Assembly: GCA_048359195.1 (NCBI GenBank)
Contig: DBGCRA010000196.1
Location: 843 to 64,842 of the forward strand
Source of the DNA: Candidatus Gallispira sp.
GTDB taxonomy: Bacteria > Bacillota > Clostridia > Lachnospirales > CAG-274
DNA length: 64,000 nucleotides
Direction of reading: 5' to 3'
The translations under genes and the position numbers were made by a program. The stretch's first letter is position 1. Each line of letters begins with the position of its first letter. Under the pieces are notes generated by a model, which was given only the letters and a program-made list of their open reading frames with translations, did no database searches and was not told where the DNA came from. Below are positions 1 to 10,522 of this stretch, in pieces.

Positions 1-476
1 TTTCAGATTTAAATAAAAGAGCAAATTTAATTCATAAGGATATTACATCGGAAAAAGAAAAACTTGATGTTAAATATATTTTTAATGTCAGCGAGGAAGA
101 TTTTGAAAAAAAGCTTTTTTCATCAAGGGAAAAGGATATTTATTACGGAACAACATCTGTCGGTATCCATAAAGATGACCTTGTATTTAACATAAATGGC
201 ATTAATGCAAGGGATTACGGTTCGCAGGGACAGCAGAGAACTGTTTGTCTTTCTCTTAAACTTGCTGAGGTTGAAATGGTTGAAAAAATAACAGGATATA
301 AACCAATACTTCTTCTTGATGATGTTCTTTCAGAACTTGACAGAAGCAGACAGCTTTATATTTTAAATTCAATTAAAGGTGTTCAAACCATAATTACATC
401 AACAGGAATTGAAGATATTAAGGAAAATATTGAAAATATAAGGATTTTTAATGTAAAAAACGGTGAAGTAAGCTGA
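1..476 (+). CDS. recF: DNA replication/repair protein RecF, C-terminal part (5' end outside window)
   Basis: Frame 3 is open from the window edge. Translation contains ...YGSQGQQRTVCLSLKLAE... and ILLLDDVLSELD, the RecF ABC-type signature and Walker B. It sits directly upstream of gyrB, as in origin clusters. Confidence 0.9.
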   Translation, partial: SDLNKRANLIHKDITSEKEKLDVKYIFNVSEEDFEKKLFSSREKDIYYGTTSVGIHKDDLVFNINGINARDYGSQGQQRTVCLSLKLAEVEMVEKITGYKPILLLDDVLSELDRSRQLYILNSIKGVQTIITSTGIEDIKENIENIRIFNVKNGEVS

Positions 477-610
477 CAGTATATTAAATGTTATTATATT
501 TTTTAGTAATTATACCATATTTTTTAAAAAATCCTTTATTTTGTGTTTATTTTGTGTTATAATGAATTTTATAATAAAGGGTAATATCCCCCTACGAAGG
601 AGTTAGAAAA

Positions 611-2521
611 ATGGCACAGCAGGAATATAATGAAAATCAAATACAAATTTTAGAGGGTCTTGAGGCAGTAAGAAAGCGTCCCGGTATGTATATTGGTTCA
701 ACCTCATCAAGAGGCTTGCATCACTGTGTTTATGAAATTGTGGATAATTCCGTTGATGAGGCTCTTGCAGGCTATTGCAGCCATATTGAGGTTACAATTC
801 ATGAGGATAATACTGTTTCCGTAAGAGATGATGGTCGTGGTATACCTGTAGGCATTCATCCACAAAAGGGTATTCCCGCTGTTGAGGTTGTGTTTACGGT
901 TCTTCATGCCGGTGGTAAGTTTGGCGGCGGAGGATATAAGGTATCAGGCGGTTTACATGGCGTTGGTGCATCTGTAGTCAATGCTCTTAGTGAATGGCTT
1001 ATTGTAGATATTTATCACGAAGGTCAGATTTATGAACAGAAATATGAAAGAGGTGATGCTGTTCACTCTCTTAAGGTAGTGGACACTTGCCCACAGGATA
1101 AAACAGGTACTTATATAAGATTTAAACCTGATGCTGAAATTTTTGAAGAAACTGTTTTTGATTTGGATACATTGAGACATCACCTGCAGGAAACTGCTTT
1201 TCTTACAAAGGGTCTTAAAATTACTTTAACTGATTTAAGGCAGGAGGAAAAGCCACAGTTTGTTTATCATTATTTAGGTGGTATTAAGGAGTTTGTTCAG
1301 AATATAAATGCTTCAAAAACTCCTATGTATGAAGAAATTTTTTATTGTGAAGGAACTTATAACAATATTGCAGTTGAAATTGCTTTCCAGCACAGTGACA
1401 GCTACAATGAAGTTAATTATTCTTATGTAAACAATATTAATACCATTGACGGAGGTACTCATATACAGGGCTTTAGAACTGCTTTAACTAAAACCATAAA
1501 TGATTACGGCAGAAAATTTGGTCTTATTAAGGCAAGTGAAAAAAATCTTACAGGTGAAGATATAAGAGAAGGTATGACCTCCATTGTCAGTGTAAAAATT
1601 GAGGCCCCACAGTTTGAAGGTCAGACTAAGGGAAAGCTTGGAACGAGTGAGGCTGCTCCGGCAGTAAACAATGTACTTTCAGAAAAATTGACTTATTTCC
1701 TTGAAGAAAATCCACAGGTAGGAAAAACAATAATTGAAAAATCACTTCTTGCTTCCCGTGCAAGAGAGGCTGCCAAAAAAGCAAGAGAACTTGTAAGACG
1801 TAAGGATGTACTTGAAAGCGGTAAACTTCCCGGTAAATTAACAGACTGTTCCGAAAAAGACCCAAGTCAGTGTGAAATTTATATTGTAGAGGGTAATTCC
1901 GCAGGCGGTTCTGCTGTTAAGGCAAGAGATGCAAAGACACAGGCTATTCTGCCTTTAAGAGGTAAAATATTAAATGTTGAAAAGGCAAGACTTGACAGAA
2001 TTTTAGGAAATGAAGAAATAAAATCTATGATTACTGCCTTTGGTACCGGTATTCATGAGGACTTTAATATTGAAAAGCTGAGATACCACAAAATTGTGCT
2101 TATGACAGATGCCGATGTTGATGGTGCTCATATTACCACATTACTTTTAACATTTATTTTCAGATTTATGCCTAAGCTTATTGAAGAAGGCTATGTATAT
2201 CTTGCACAGCCTCCACTTTATAAACTTGAAAAAGGTAAAAAGATTGTTTATGCCTATTCCGATGAAGAAAGAGATAAGACTATTGCTGAAATGGGTTCAG
2301 AAGGTATGAAGCCTATTCAAAGATATAAGGGTCTTGGTGAAATGGATGCTTCACAGCTTTGGGAAACTACTATGGATCCAACAAAGCGTATTCTTATTAA
2401 AGTTACTATTGATGATGCAAGAATTGCTGATGAAATATTTGATAAACTTATGGGCGATAATGTTGAACCAAGACGTGAGTTTATTCAGCAGGAAGCTAAA
2501 TATGCTACATTAGATGTATAA
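611..2521 (+). CDS. gyrB: DNA gyrase subunit B
   Basis: 636 aa with [49 protein letters not shown] and [12 protein letters not shown] motifs. AGGAG SD lies 8 nt upstream. Confidence 0.98.
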   Translation: MAQQEYNENQIQILEGLEAVRKRPGMYIGSTSSRGLHHCVYEIVDNSVDEALAGYCSHIEVTIHEDNTVSVRDDGRGIPVGIHPQKGIPAVEVVFTVLHAGGKFGGGGYKVSGGLHGVGASVVNALSEWLIVDIYHEGQIYEQKYERGDAVHSLKVVDTCPQDKTGTYIRFKPDAEIFEETVFDLDTLRHHLQETAFLTKGLKITLTDLRQEEKPQFVYHYLGGIKEFVQNINASKTPMYEEIFYCEGTYNNIAVEIAFQHSDSYNEVNYSYVNNINTIDGGTHIQGFRTALTKTINDYGRKFGLIKASEKNLTGEDIREGMTSIVSVKIEAPQFEGQTKGKLGTSEAAPAVNNVLSEKLTYFLEENPQVGKTIIEKSLLASRAREAAKKARELVRRKDVLESGKLPGKLTDCSEKDPSQCEIYIVEGNSAGGSAVKARDAKTQAILPLRGKILNVEKARLDRILGNEEIKSMITAFGTGIHEDFNIEKLRYHKIVLMTDADVDGAHITTLLLTFIFRFMPKLIEEGYVYLAQPPLYKLEKGKKIVYAYSDEERDKTIAEMGSEGMKPIQRYKGLGEMDASQLWETTMDPTKRILIKVTIDDARIADEIFDKLMGDNVEPRREFIQQEAKYATLDV

Positions 2522-2535
2522 GAGGTAATAATATT

Positions 2536-5019
2536 ATGGACGAAAATAATAAAACACAATATGACAAGATAGTCACGGCAGAAATTTCGGAAACAATGAA
2601 ATCTTCTTATATTGACTATGCAATGAGTGTTATTGTTGCCAGAGCCCTGCCCGATGTACGTGATGGTTTAAAACCTGTTCATAGAAGAATACTTTATTCT
2701 ATGAATGAAATGGGACTTGCTCCCAATAAGGCTCACAAAAAGTCGGCAAGAATTACCGGTGATACAATGGGTAAATATCATCCTCATGGTGATGCGGCAA
2801 TATATGATGCTTTGGTCAGACTTGCACAGGATTTCTCAATGAGATATCCTCTTGTTGACGGTCATGGTAACTTTGGTTCTATAGATGGCTATCCTGCAGC
2901 AGCAGCAAGATATACAGAGGCAAGACTTGCTAAAATTTCTCTTGAAATGCTTGCAGATATTGATAAGGATACAGTTGATTTTATACCTAACTATGATGGT
3001 GACTTTCTTGAGCCTACGGTTCTCCCTTCAAGAATACCAAACCTTCTTGTAAACGGTTCAAGTGGTATTGCCGTAGGTATGGCAACAAATATACCTCCTC
3101 ACAATCTTTCAGAAGTTATTGATGGTCTTGTTAAAATTATTGACAATAAAATTATTGAAAAAAGAGATACAGATATTGATGAGCTATGCTCCATTATAAA
3201 GGGTCCTGATTTTCCTACAGGAGGTAATATACTTGGTAAAGCAGGTATATTAAGTGCTTACAGAACAGGCAGAGGCAGAATTAAGCTGAGGGCACAGGCT
3301 GAAATTATTACTAAGCCTAATGGCAGAGAAGAAATACTTATTACTGAAATTCCTTATCAGGTAAATAAGTCCAAAATGATTGAGGGTATTGCAGACCTTG
3401 TAAAGGATAAGAGAATTGAAGGTATTTCAGGTATTCAAGACAGTACAAATGACAGAAACGGTATCCATATTTTAATTGAGGTTAAAAAAGATGCTTCTGC
3501 TGAAATTGTACTTAATAATCTTTATAAATATTCACAGCTTCAGGAAAATTACAGTGTTAATTTCCTTGCTATTGTTGATGGTATTCCAAAGGTCCTTAAT
3601 ATCAAGGAAATGCTTATGCATTATCTTAAATTCCAAGAGGAAGTTGTTACAAGGAGAACTAAGTTTGATCTTAAAAAAGCCCTTGAAAGAATGCATATTT
3701 TAGAGGGATTTTTAAAGGCTCTTGATAATATTGATGAGGTTATTTCAATATTGAGAGGCTCTCGTACCACTCCTGAGGCTAAGGAAAAACTTATTGAACG
3801 TTTTGGATTTACTGAAATTCAGGTAAATGCCATTTGTGAAATGAGATTCAGAAGTCTTGTAGGTATGGAGAGAGAAAAGCTTCAGACAGAGTATGATGAA
3901 CTTATTGCTCTTACTGATGAGTTAAAGGCAATTCTTGCTGATGAAAACAGACTTTTTGAAGTAATCAAAGAAGAAATGCTTGAAACCAAGAAAAAATATG
4001 GTGATGAAAGACGTACAAGACTTGTAGATGATATGGGTGAAATTGATATGGAGGATATTATTTCCGATGATATGTCAGTTGTAACAATGACCCGGTTAAA
4101 TTATGTTAAGAGAATACCTCTTGACACTTATAAGTCACAGCATAGAGGCGGTAAGGGTGTTATTGGTCTTCAAATGCGTGAAGAGGATGGAGTTAAAAAG
4201 CTCTTTATAAGTACTAATCACAGCTATATTTTATTCTTTACAAATAAAGGTAAAGTTTACAGAAAGAAAACATGGGAAATTCCTGAAGCAGGCAGAAATG
4301 CTAAGGGTACTCCTATTGTTAATCTTCTTGAACTTGAAAAGGGCGAAGAAATTTCGGCTGTTATTCCTGTTAAGAATTTCAGTGAAAATGAATATCTTGT
4401 TATGATAACAAAAAATGGTGTTATAAAAAAGACACCTGCTGAATTTTATTCAAATATAAGAAAGGGCGGTCTTATTGCTCTTAATCTAAGAGATAGTGAT
4501 GAGCTTATTTCAGTATTTGTAACAAAAGGAAACAATGATATATTAATTGCCACAAGAAATGGTATGGGTATCCGCTTTAATGAAAAAGATGCACGCCCTA
4601 TGGGAAGAAGTGCTACAGGCGTTAAAGCAATTACATTAGATAATGATGATTATGTTATTGGTGCTGATGTAATTATTGATGGCTGTAAAATACTTCTTGT
4701 CAGTGAGAAAGGGTTTGGTAAGTGTACCGAACCTGATAATTATAGAATTCAGTCAAGAGGCGGTAAAGGCCTTAAGAGCTATAAAATAACTGATAAAACA
4801 GGCTATGTTGCAGGTGTTGCTGCTGTTAATGACAGTGAGGAACTTATTATGGTAAGCAGCGAAGGCGTAATTATCAGAATTAAGGTTAAAGATATTTCTA
4901 CCGTAGGAAGAGTTACTCAGGGTGTTAAGCTTGTTAATCTTAATGAGGGTGTAACTGTTATCAGTATGGATAAAATTGAAGAAGAATATGCAGATAACGG
5001 TGAAAATATTGAAGAATAA
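2536..5019 (+). CDS. gyrA: DNA gyrase subunit A
   Basis: 827 aa with [24 protein letters not shown], the active-site region [10 protein letters not shown], and C-terminal beta-pinwheel repeats. It immediately follows gyrB. Confidence 0.98.
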   Translation: MDENNKTQYDKIVTAEISETMKSSYIDYAMSVIVARALPDVRDGLKPVHRRILYSMNEMGLAPNKAHKKSARITGDTMGKYHPHGDAAIYDALVRLAQDFSMRYPLVDGHGNFGSIDGYPAAAARYTEARLAKISLEMLADIDKDTVDFIPNYDGDFLEPTVLPSRIPNLLVNGSSGIAVGMATNIPPHNLSEVIDGLVKIIDNKIIEKRDTDIDELCSIIKGPDFPTGGNILGKAGILSAYRTGRGRIKLRAQAEIITKPNGREEILITEIPYQVNKSKMIEGIADLVKDKRIEGISGIQDSTNDRNGIHILIEVKKDASAEIVLNNLYKYSQLQENYSVNFLAIVDGIPKVLNIKEMLMHYLKFQEEVVTRRTKFDLKKALERMHILEGFLKALDNIDEVISILRGSRTTPEAKEKLIERFGFTEIQVNAICEMRFRSLVGMEREKLQTEYDELIALTDELKAILADENRLFEVIKEEMLETKKKYGDERRTRLVDDMGEIDMEDIISDDMSVVTMTRLNYVKRIPLDTYKSQHRGGKGVIGLQMREEDGVKKLFISTNHSYILFFTNKGKVYRKKTWEIPEAGRNAKGTPIVNLLELEKGEEISAVIPVKNFSENEYLVMITKNGVIKKTPAEFYSNIRKGGLIALNLRDSDELISVFVTKGNNDILIATRNGMGIRFNEKDARPMGRSATGVKAITLDNDDYVIGADVIIDGCKILLVSEKGFGKCTEPDNYRIQSRGGKGLKSYKITDKTGYVAGVAAVNDSEELIMVSSEGVIIRIKVKDISTVGRVTQGVKLVNLNEGVTVISMDKIEEEYADNGENIEE

Positions 5020-5025
5020 TTTTAA

Positions 5026-5052
5026 CAGCATAGGGGATAATCCCCTATGCTG
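5026..5052 (+). terminator. Hairpin after gyrA (12-bp stem CAGCATAGGGGA/TCCCCTATGCTG), weak U-tract
   Basis: Perfect 12-bp stem with a 3-nt loop, 7 nt after the gyrA stop. Followed by TAATAAAAAATTT. Confidence 0.55.
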
Positions 5053-5085
5053 TAATAAAAAATTTGAAAAAATTTAAAATTTTTA

Positions 5086-5115
5086 TTGACAAAACTCCCT
5101 CTTATATGTTACTAT
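5086..5115 (+). promoter_or_regulatory. SigmaA-type promoter for rpmG-secE-nusG (TTGACA-18-TGtTACTAT)
   Basis: TTGACA at 5086-5091 and an extended -10 TGTTACTAT ending at 5115. Confidence 0.5.
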
Positions 5116-5118
5116 GAT

Positions 5119-5142
5119 AAAGACGCGTATCGTCTTTTTTTT
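5119..5142 (+). terminator. Intrinsic terminator hairpin with T8 tract, overlapping the rpmG promoter/TSS region
   Basis: AAAGACG-cgtat-CGTCTTT followed by TTTTTTTT. The left arm starts only 4 nt after the -10 element, so it most likely terminates gyrBA read-through. Confidence 0.55.
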
Positions 5143-5214
5143 GTGTGGAAAAATCACATATTTAATAAGACAAATTTAAACAAAAATTTAATTATTCAGA
5201 AAGAGGTGGAAGTC

Positions 5215-5364
5215 TTGAGAACAAGAATTACATTAGCTTGTACAGAGTGTAAGCAGAGAAATTATGACACTATGAAGGACAAGAAAGTACATCCTGACAG
5301 AATGGAAACTAAAAAGTATTGTAAGTTTTGTAGAACACATACTTTACACAGAGAAACTAAGTAA
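5215..5364 (+). CDS. rpmG: 50S ribosomal protein L33
   Basis: 49 aa starting at TTG 5215, with AGAGGTGGA SD 5 nt upstream. Translation [24 protein letters not shown]...[16 protein letters not shown] is the L33 Cys4 zinc-ribbon pattern. The longer listed ORF (5086) runs through the promoter. Confidence 0.9.
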   Translation: MRTRITLACTECKQRNYDTMKDKKVHPDRMETKKYCKFCRTHTLHRETK

Positions 5365-5428
5365 TCCGAAGTGTATATAATTCAAAACTGAATTTATTAC
5401 ATTTTACCTCATGAAAGGGGAAGTCAGA

Positions 5429-5632
5429 ATGGAAAAAAAGAAATTTGACTTTTCGTCTTGGGTTAAGGTTCATGTAGCTGAGTTTAAGCGTATTATATGG
5501 CCAAGCAAGGACGAAATAATTAAGGAAACCCTCTCAGTTATTGCAATTTCATTAATTTTTGGTGCTATTATTATCGGATTTGACTACATTGTAGAATTTG
5601 GTTACAACGCATTGGTAAATTTATTAGGTTAA
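5429..5632 (+). CDS. secE: Preprotein translocase subunit SecE
   Basis: Small protein with a single C-terminal TM. AEFKRIIWPSKDEIIKETLSVIAISLIFGAII is SecE-like. Canonical position between rpmG and nusG. Start chosen at the ATG after the AAAGGGGAAG SD. Confidence 0.85.
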   Translation: MEKKKFDFSSWVKVHVAEFKRIIWPSKDEIIKETLSVIAISLIFGAIIIGFDYIVEFGYNALVNLLG

Positions 5633-5650
5633 TGAAGTGAGGTAATAACA

Positions 5651-6187
5651 ATGTCAGAGGAACTTTCAAAACAGCTCAGATGGTATGTTATTCATACTTA
5701 CTCCGGCTATGAAAACAAAGTTAAGACCAATATTGAGAAACTTGTCGAAAACGGTGGTTTGGAAGATTACATTCAGGAAATTTCAGTACCCCTTGAAGAG
5801 GCAGTTGAAATCAAAAATGGTGTTAAGAAGACTGTTCAGAGAAAGAAATTTCCCGGATATGTTCTTCTTAAAATGATAATGAATGACGATACATGGTACG
5901 TTGTCAGAAACACCAGAGGTGTTACCAGCTTCGTAGGCCCTGGCAGTAAGCCTGTTCCTCTTACAGATGCAGAGGTTATGGCAATGGGTCTTGAAAGCGT
6001 CGATATTACTGACATTGATATTGCTGTAGGTGACAGTGTTGTTGTTACATCAGGTGCATTTGCAGACAATGTTGGTACTGTTAAGGAAATTAATTTGACT
6101 AAGAAAACAGTTACTGTTGCAATTTCCTTATTTGGTCGTGAGACTCCAATGGAACTGGACTTTACACAGGTTCAGCCATTAGTATAG
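5651..6187 (+). CDS. nusG: Transcription termination/antitermination protein NusG
   Basis: 178 aa with WYVIHTYSGYENKVK, FPGYVLLKM and a KOW region (GDSVVVTSGAFADNVGTVKEI). Confidence 0.95.
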   Translation: MSEELSKQLRWYVIHTYSGYENKVKTNIEKLVENGGLEDYIQEISVPLEEAVEIKNGVKKTVQRKKFPGYVLLKMIMNDDTWYVVRNTRGVTSFVGPGSKPVPLTDAEVMAMGLESVDITDIDIAVGDSVVVTSGAFADNVGTVKEINLTKKTVTVAISLFGRETPMELDFTQVQPLV

Positions 6188-6220
6188 TAAACTGATGTTT
6201 TATTGAGGATAATATCCTCA

Positions 6221-6252
6221 GTGGGAGGGAAAACCATCCCGCTAATTACCAC
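6221..6252 (+). promoter_or_regulatory. Structured leader element before rplK (GTGG-GAGGGA-loop-TCCC-GCTAATTA-CCAC), candidate L1-binding rRNA mimic
   Basis: Nested helices GTGG/CCAC and GGGA/TCCC lie just upstream of the rplK SD. A near-identical architecture is repeated before rplA. Confidence 0.4.
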
Positions 6253-6272
6253 ATTATAGGAGGTGCCTTAAA

Positions 6273-6698
6273 ATGGCAAAAAAGGTTGAAGGTTTTATTA
6301 AGTTACAGATTGCTGCTGGTAAGGCTACACCAGCACCACCGGTTGGTCCTGCTTTAGGTCAGCATGGTGTTAATATTATGGGCTTCTGTAAGGAGTTCAA
6401 TGAAAGAACTGCTAAGGATGCAGGTCTTATTATCCCCGTTGTTATTACAGTTTATCAGGACAAGAGCTTTACATTCATTACTAAGACTCCTCCTGCTGCC
6501 GTTCTTTTAAAGAAGGCTTGCAAGATTGAGTCAGGTTCAGGTGTTCCTAACAAGACTAAGGTTGCTACTATTTCAAGAGCTGAAGTTCAGAAGATTGCAG
6601 AAATGAAGATGCAGGATTTAACTGCTGCTTCTATTGATGCTGCTATCAGTATGGTTGCCGGTACTGCAAGAAGTATGGGTATTGTTGTTGAGGACTAA
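6273..6698 (+). CDS. rplK: 50S ribosomal protein L11
   Basis: 141 aa. [34 protein letters not shown] is the L11 hallmark. Confidence 0.97.
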   Translation: MAKKVEGFIKLQIAAGKATPAPPVGPALGQHGVNIMGFCKEFNERTAKDAGLIIPVVITVYQDKSFTFITKTPPAAVLLKKACKIESGSGVPNKTKVATISRAEVQKIAEMKMQDLTAASIDAAISMVAGTARSMGIVVED

Positions 6699-6713
6699 TT
6701 GTTGTTAGATGTG

Positions 6714-6742
6714 TGGGAGGGAATACTCCCGATATTACCACT
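6714..6742 (+). promoter_or_regulatory. Second copy of the GTGG-GAGGGA-loop-TCCC-GATATTA-CCAC element, before rplA
   Basis: Same nested helix pattern as 6221-6252, ending 2 nt before the rplA SD AAGGAGG. Confidence 0.4.
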
Positions 6743-6757
6743 TAAGGAGGAACTATT

Positions 6758-7453
6758 GTGAAAAGAGGAAAGAAATATCTCGAAAAGAGTAAGCTTGTAA
6801 ATAAGGCTAATTTATATGATGTAACAGAGGCTTGTGCTTTAATTCCACAGGTTAGCACAGCTAAGTTTGATGAAACAGTTGAAGCTCATATCCGTTTAGG
6901 TGTAGACAGCCGTCACGCTGACCAGCAGGTTAGAGGTGCTGTTGTTCTCCCTCACGGTACAGGTAAGACTGTCAGAGTTCTTGTATTTGCTAAGAATGCT
7001 AAGGCTGATGAGGCTCAGGCTGCAGGTGCAGATTATGTAGGTGCTGAAGACTTAGTTGCTAAGATTCAGCAGGAAAACTGGTTTGAATTCGATGTAGTTG
7101 TTGCTACACCTGATATGATGGGTCTTGTTGGTAGAATCGGTAGAATTTTAGGTCCTAAGGGCTTAATGCCTAACCCTAAGGCCGGTACTGTAACAATGGA
7201 TGTTGCTAAGGCTATTGAGGATATTAAGGCAGGTAAGATTGAATACAGACTTGATAAGACTAATATTATCCATGTTCCTGTAGGTAAGGTTTCTTTCGGT
7301 GCTGAAAAGCTTCAGGAAAACTTCCAGACTCTTATGAGCGCTATTATTAAGGCAAAGCCTGCTGCTGCTAAGGGTACTTATTTAAAGTCAGTTGTTCTTA
7401 CAACTACTATGGGTCCTAGTGTGAAGGTTAATGCTGCTAAAATTTCTGAATAA
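6758..7453 (+). CDS. rplA: 50S ribosomal protein L1
   Basis: 231 aa with a GTG start. [34 protein letters not shown] and [15 protein letters not shown] match L1. Confidence 0.97.
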   Translation: MKRGKKYLEKSKLVNKANLYDVTEACALIPQVSTAKFDETVEAHIRLGVDSRHADQQVRGAVVLPHGTGKTVRVLVFAKNAKADEAQAAGADYVGAEDLVAKIQQENWFEFDVVVATPDMMGLVGRIGRILGPKGLMPNPKAGTVTMDVAKAIEDIKAGKIEYRLDKTNIIHVPVGKVSFGAEKLQENFQTLMSAIIKAKPAAAKGTYLKSVVLTTTMGPSVKVNAAKISE

Positions 7454-7483
7454 ATGAATAATTAAATTTGTTAATAAAAGAGG

Positions 7484-7531
7484 CTGTTGCAAAATAAATG
7501 ATTTTCCATTTGTTTTGCAACAGCTTTTTTT
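7484..7531 (+). terminator. Strong intrinsic terminator after rplA
   Basis: 12-bp stem GCTGTTGCAAAA/TTTTGCAACAGC followed by T7. Confidence 0.8.
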
Positions 7532-7650
7532 GTACCCATAGCGTTGCCTTCGGTCAAAGGCTTTTTTATTATATTTATTTCTTGACAATAATCCGAAATC
7601 ATAGTAAAATAAATTTTATCCGAAAACGGATTTTTAAAGGAGGATTAAAT

Positions 7651-8127
7651 ATGGAGAATGATGTCAGCGAACAAATGATAGAATTTAATAAGATTTATAA
7701 AATGATTGATGATACTTATCATAACTATGCTAAAAGCTGTGATTTGTCAAATGCCTCTTTATGGATATTATATTCCGTATGGGAAAATAATGAAACCTAT
7801 ACACAAAAGGAGCTTTGTGAGGTATGGTCATACAGCAGACAAACTATTAATTCTGCCCTTAAAAATCTTGAAGGACAAGGATTAATTCAGCTTTTACATG
7901 AGCTTGATAATAAGAAAAACAAACAAATTATTTTGACAAAAAGAGGAAAAGGTCTTGCAGAAAAAGTTATTGTTCCTTTAATGGAGGCAGAAAAAAACTC
8001 CTTTGCAAGTTTAAGTAATGAGGAAAGATGTATTTTTTTAAAGCTTATGAAAAAGCATGCAGAATTATTTGGAAAAGAAGTGAAAAAAATAATAGATAAG
8101 TCATCGGAGGATATATCATCACAATGA
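7651..8127 (+). CDS. MarR-family transcriptional regulator
   Basis: About 158 aa with a winged-helix pattern (YTQKELCEVWSYSRQTINSALKNLEGQGLI...KKNKQIILTKRGK). ATG at 7651 follows an AAAGGAGG SD. The upstream part of the listed ORF overlaps the rplA terminator. Confidence 0.8.
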   Translation: MENDVSEQMIEFNKIYKMIDDTYHNYAKSCDLSNASLWILYSVWENNETYTQKELCEVWSYSRQTINSALKNLEGQGLIQLLHELDNKKNKQIILTKRGKGLAEKVIVPLMEAEKNSFASLSNEERCIFLKLMKKHAELFGKEVKKIIDKSSEDISSQ

Positions 8128-8206
8128 TATAATCGAATGGAAGATGTCGGGTGAGCCCGGTTATTTATAGTAACCGAGCTTATATTTTTTTAGAAAGGAA
8201 TTTATT

Positions 8207-8830
8207 ATGAAAATCATTACAATAAGTCGTGAATTTGGAAGTGGCGGAAGAGAACTTGGAAAAAGACTTGCAGATATTTTAGGCTATGCTTATTATGACA
8301 GAGAAATAATAAGTGCTATTGCAGAAAATAAAAAATTGGATGAGAGTTATGTAGAAAAAATTCTTGAAAAAGGATTATTAAATAATTATCCTTTAAAATA
8401 TGGGCGTACTTTTTCAAATACATCAGTTATGCCACAGCATAATATGACAAAAATTCTTGTTGAACAGCAAAAAATTATTAAGGAAATTGCAGCTAAAGAA
8501 AATTGTATTATTGTGGGAAGAAGTTCAAATATTATATTAAAAGAATATGCTCCTTTAAATTTATTTGTATATGCCGATATGAAATATAAAGTACATAGAT
8601 GTCGTAAATATGCAGATGATAAAGAAATATTAAATGAAAAGGAATTAATAAAAAAAATAAAACAGGTTGATAAAGCAAGATCAAGACATCAGGAATTGCT
8701 TACAGATAAGAAATGGGGAAATAAAGAAGGTTATGATTTGTGTATAAATACAACAAACTTGGAAATAAAAGAACTTGCACTTGTGATTGCTGAATATGCA
8801 AAATACAGACTTGGAGGTAATTATAAATGA
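8207..8830 (+). CDS. Cytidylate kinase-like (AAA/P-loop) family protein
   Basis: MKIITISREFGSGGRELGKRLADILGYAYYDREII is typical of the cytidylate-kinase-like family. Overlaps the downstream MATE gene by 4 nt. Confidence 0.7.
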   Translation: MKIITISREFGSGGRELGKRLADILGYAYYDREIISAIAENKKLDESYVEKILEKGLLNNYPLKYGRTFSNTSVMPQHNMTKILVEQQKIIKEIAAKENCIIVGRSSNIILKEYAPLNLFVYADMKYKVHRCRKYADDKEILNEKELIKKIKQVDKARSRHQELLTDKKWGNKEGYDLCINTTNLEIKELALVIAEYAKYRLGGNYK

Positions 8831-10158
8831 GAATAAAGCTATCGGAACATTTTTCATATAAAAAATTATTGAAATTTGTACTTCCATCAATTATTATGAT
8901 GATATTTACATCAATATACGGTGTTGTAGATGGGGTATTTGTTTCTAATTTTGTTGGAAAAACGGCATTTGCTGCCGTAAATCTTATTATGCCAATAACA
9001 ATGGGTATTAGTGTTATTGGATTTATGCTTGGTACGGGAGGAAGTGCCATTGTTTCCAAAACTCTTGGTGAAGGAGATAAAAAGAAAGCAAATCAATATT
9101 TTACAATGATAGTAATAGCAACTGTTATAGGTGGTTTAATTCTCACTGTTATAGGTTTAATATATATTCGTCCTATTGCCATAGCAATAGGAGCTACTGA
9201 AAATATGTTAGATAATTGTGTATTGTATGGCAGAATTTTAATTGGAGCCGAAATAGCTTTTATGCTGCAAAATTTGTTCCAGAGTTTTTTTGTCACTGCA
9301 GAAAAGCCTCAAATAGGTCTTGGAATGACTGTTTTGGCAGGATTAACAAATATAATACTTGACACACTTTTTATAGCAGTGTTTAAATGGGGCATTGCGG
9401 GAGCTGCTTTTGCTACAGCTGCAAGTCAGTTTATAGGTGGTGTTGTTCCTATTTTTTATTTTATAAGAAAAAATGACAGTATACTTCAACTTACAAGGAC
9501 TAATATAAATTTCAAAATATTATTAAAGGCTTGTACAAATGGTTCATCTGAACTTATGACGAATATCTCTTTATCTGTAGTAAATATATTGTATAATTTT
9601 CAGCTTATGAAAATAGCAGGAGAAGATGGTGTTGCAGCTTATGGTGTAATTATGTATGTCAATTTTATATTTTTGGCAATATATATTGGGTATTCAATAG
9701 GAAGTGCTCCTATTATTGGTTATCATTATGGTGCTGCTAATTACGATGAACTTAAAAATTTACTTAAAAAGAGTATAATAATAGTAGGAATGTTTGGATT
9801 TATTTTAACATTTTCTGCAATAGCATTGGCTTCACCTTTATCAAAAATTTTTGTAGGCTATGATGATCAATTGTTTGAAATGACTAAGAATGGTTTTAGG
9901 TTATATTCTTTGTCCTTTATTGTAAGTGGATTTAATATTTTTGGATCAGCATTTTTTACCGCACTTAATAATGGTGTAATTTCTGCGGCAATTTCTTTTT
10001 TAAGGACACTTTTGTTTCAGATAGTTGTTGTGCTTATTCTTCCAATAATATTGGGACTTAATGGTATATGGCTTGCAGTGGCAGTAGCTGAATTGCTTAC
10101 GGTTATTATTACGTTAATATTTTTTGTTAAAAATAAAAATAGGTATCACTATGCTTAA
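8827..10158 (+). CDS. MATE-family efflux transporter
   Basis: 443 aa, about 12 TM. The N-terminus (LKFVLPSIIMMIFTSIYGVVDGVFVSNFVGKTAFAAVNL) is typical of MATE/MatE. Confidence 0.9.
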   Translation: MRIKLSEHFSYKKLLKFVLPSIIMMIFTSIYGVVDGVFVSNFVGKTAFAAVNLIMPITMGISVIGFMLGTGGSAIVSKTLGEGDKKKANQYFTMIVIATVIGGLILTVIGLIYIRPIAIAIGATENMLDNCVLYGRILIGAEIAFMLQNLFQSFFVTAEKPQIGLGMTVLAGLTNIILDTLFIAVFKWGIAGAAFATAASQFIGGVVPIFYFIRKNDSILQLTRTNINFKILLKACTNGSSELMTNISLSVVNILYNFQLMKIAGEDGVAAYGVIMYVNFIFLAIYIGYSIGSAPIIGYHYGAANYDELKNLLKKSIIIVGMFGFILTFSAIALASPLSKIFVGYDDQLFEMTKNGFRLYSLSFIVSGFNIFGSAFFTALNNGVISAAISFLRTLLFQIVVVLILPIILGLNGIWLAVAVAELLTVIITLIFFVKNKNRYHYA

Positions 10159-10202
10159 ATGCTGTAAAGTTGATATACCGGTTATATTATAAATTAAGGA
10201 AA

Positions 10203-10227
10203 TGCAGTGGGAATTGTTCCCACTGCA
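10203..10227. terminator. Bidirectional hairpin between the MATE gene and the Cys-rich micro-ORF
   Basis: TGCAGTGGGA-attgt-TCCCACTGCA, a 10-bp GC-rich stem placed between convergent 3' ends. Confidence 0.65.
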
Positions 10228-10234
10228 CTTAAAA

Positions 10235-10414
10235 TTAGCACTTAGAATCACAAATATTAAAGTTATTGCCGCAGCAGCAGAAGAGTAAAATTAAAATGAT
10301 AATCCATGTGCAGTCATTGCCGCAGCCAAAGAAATTGCCAATGCCGTTATTGCCACAGCCACAGAAGAATAAAATAATGATAATCCATATAAAATTATTG
10401 TTGTTGCAACTCAT
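10235..10414 (-). CDS. 59-aa Cys/Gly/Asn-rich hydrophobic microprotein with internal duplication (YjcZ-like sporulation microprotein?)
   Basis: Not in the ORF track (under 60 aa). The ATG is preceded by TTGGAGGTAA SD. Translation: MSCNNNNFIWIIIILFFCGCGNNGIGNFFGCGNDCTWIIILILLFCCCGNNFNICDSKC. A terminator hairpin follows. Confidence 0.6.
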   Translation of the reverse strand: MSCNNNNFIWIIIILFFCGCGNNGIGNFFGCGNDCTWIIILILLFCCCGNNFNICDSKC

Positions 10415-10522
10415 ATTAAGTTACCTCCAAATTTGAATACATTTAATTCTATGCGGATTTTCATAAATGTTGCACGTCCCATAAAAATTTTTTTATTTAA
10501 TAAAAAAAGGCCGCCAAGCAGC

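Noticed and set aside
739-747. Perfect DnaA box TGTGGATAA inside gyrB
   Set aside because: It is a single box produced by the conserved GyrB codons for EIVDNS, with no neighbouring boxes. Most likely coincidental.
707-1865. Minus-strand ORFs inside gyrB (707-907, 953-1183, 1626-1865)
   Set aside because: They lie entirely antisense to a strongly supported gyrB frame. They are low-complexity, Ile/Asn/Phe-rich, typical of AT-rich antisense frames, and have no SD.
5086-5214. N-terminal extension of the L33 ORF, and the idea that the 5119-5142 hairpin is a promoter-proximal attenuator
   Set aside because: The extension runs through the TTGACA/-10 promoter and has no SD. L33 homology starts at TTG 5215. 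The hairpin's left arm begins only about 4 nt after the -10, so a transcript from this promoter would lack part of the stem. It is better explained as a gyrA read-through terminator.
7498-7650. Upstream 51 codons of the listed 209-aa ORF (MarR)
   Set aside because: They overlap the rplA terminator stem and T-run. A good SD + ATG lies at 7651, and MarR homology begins there.
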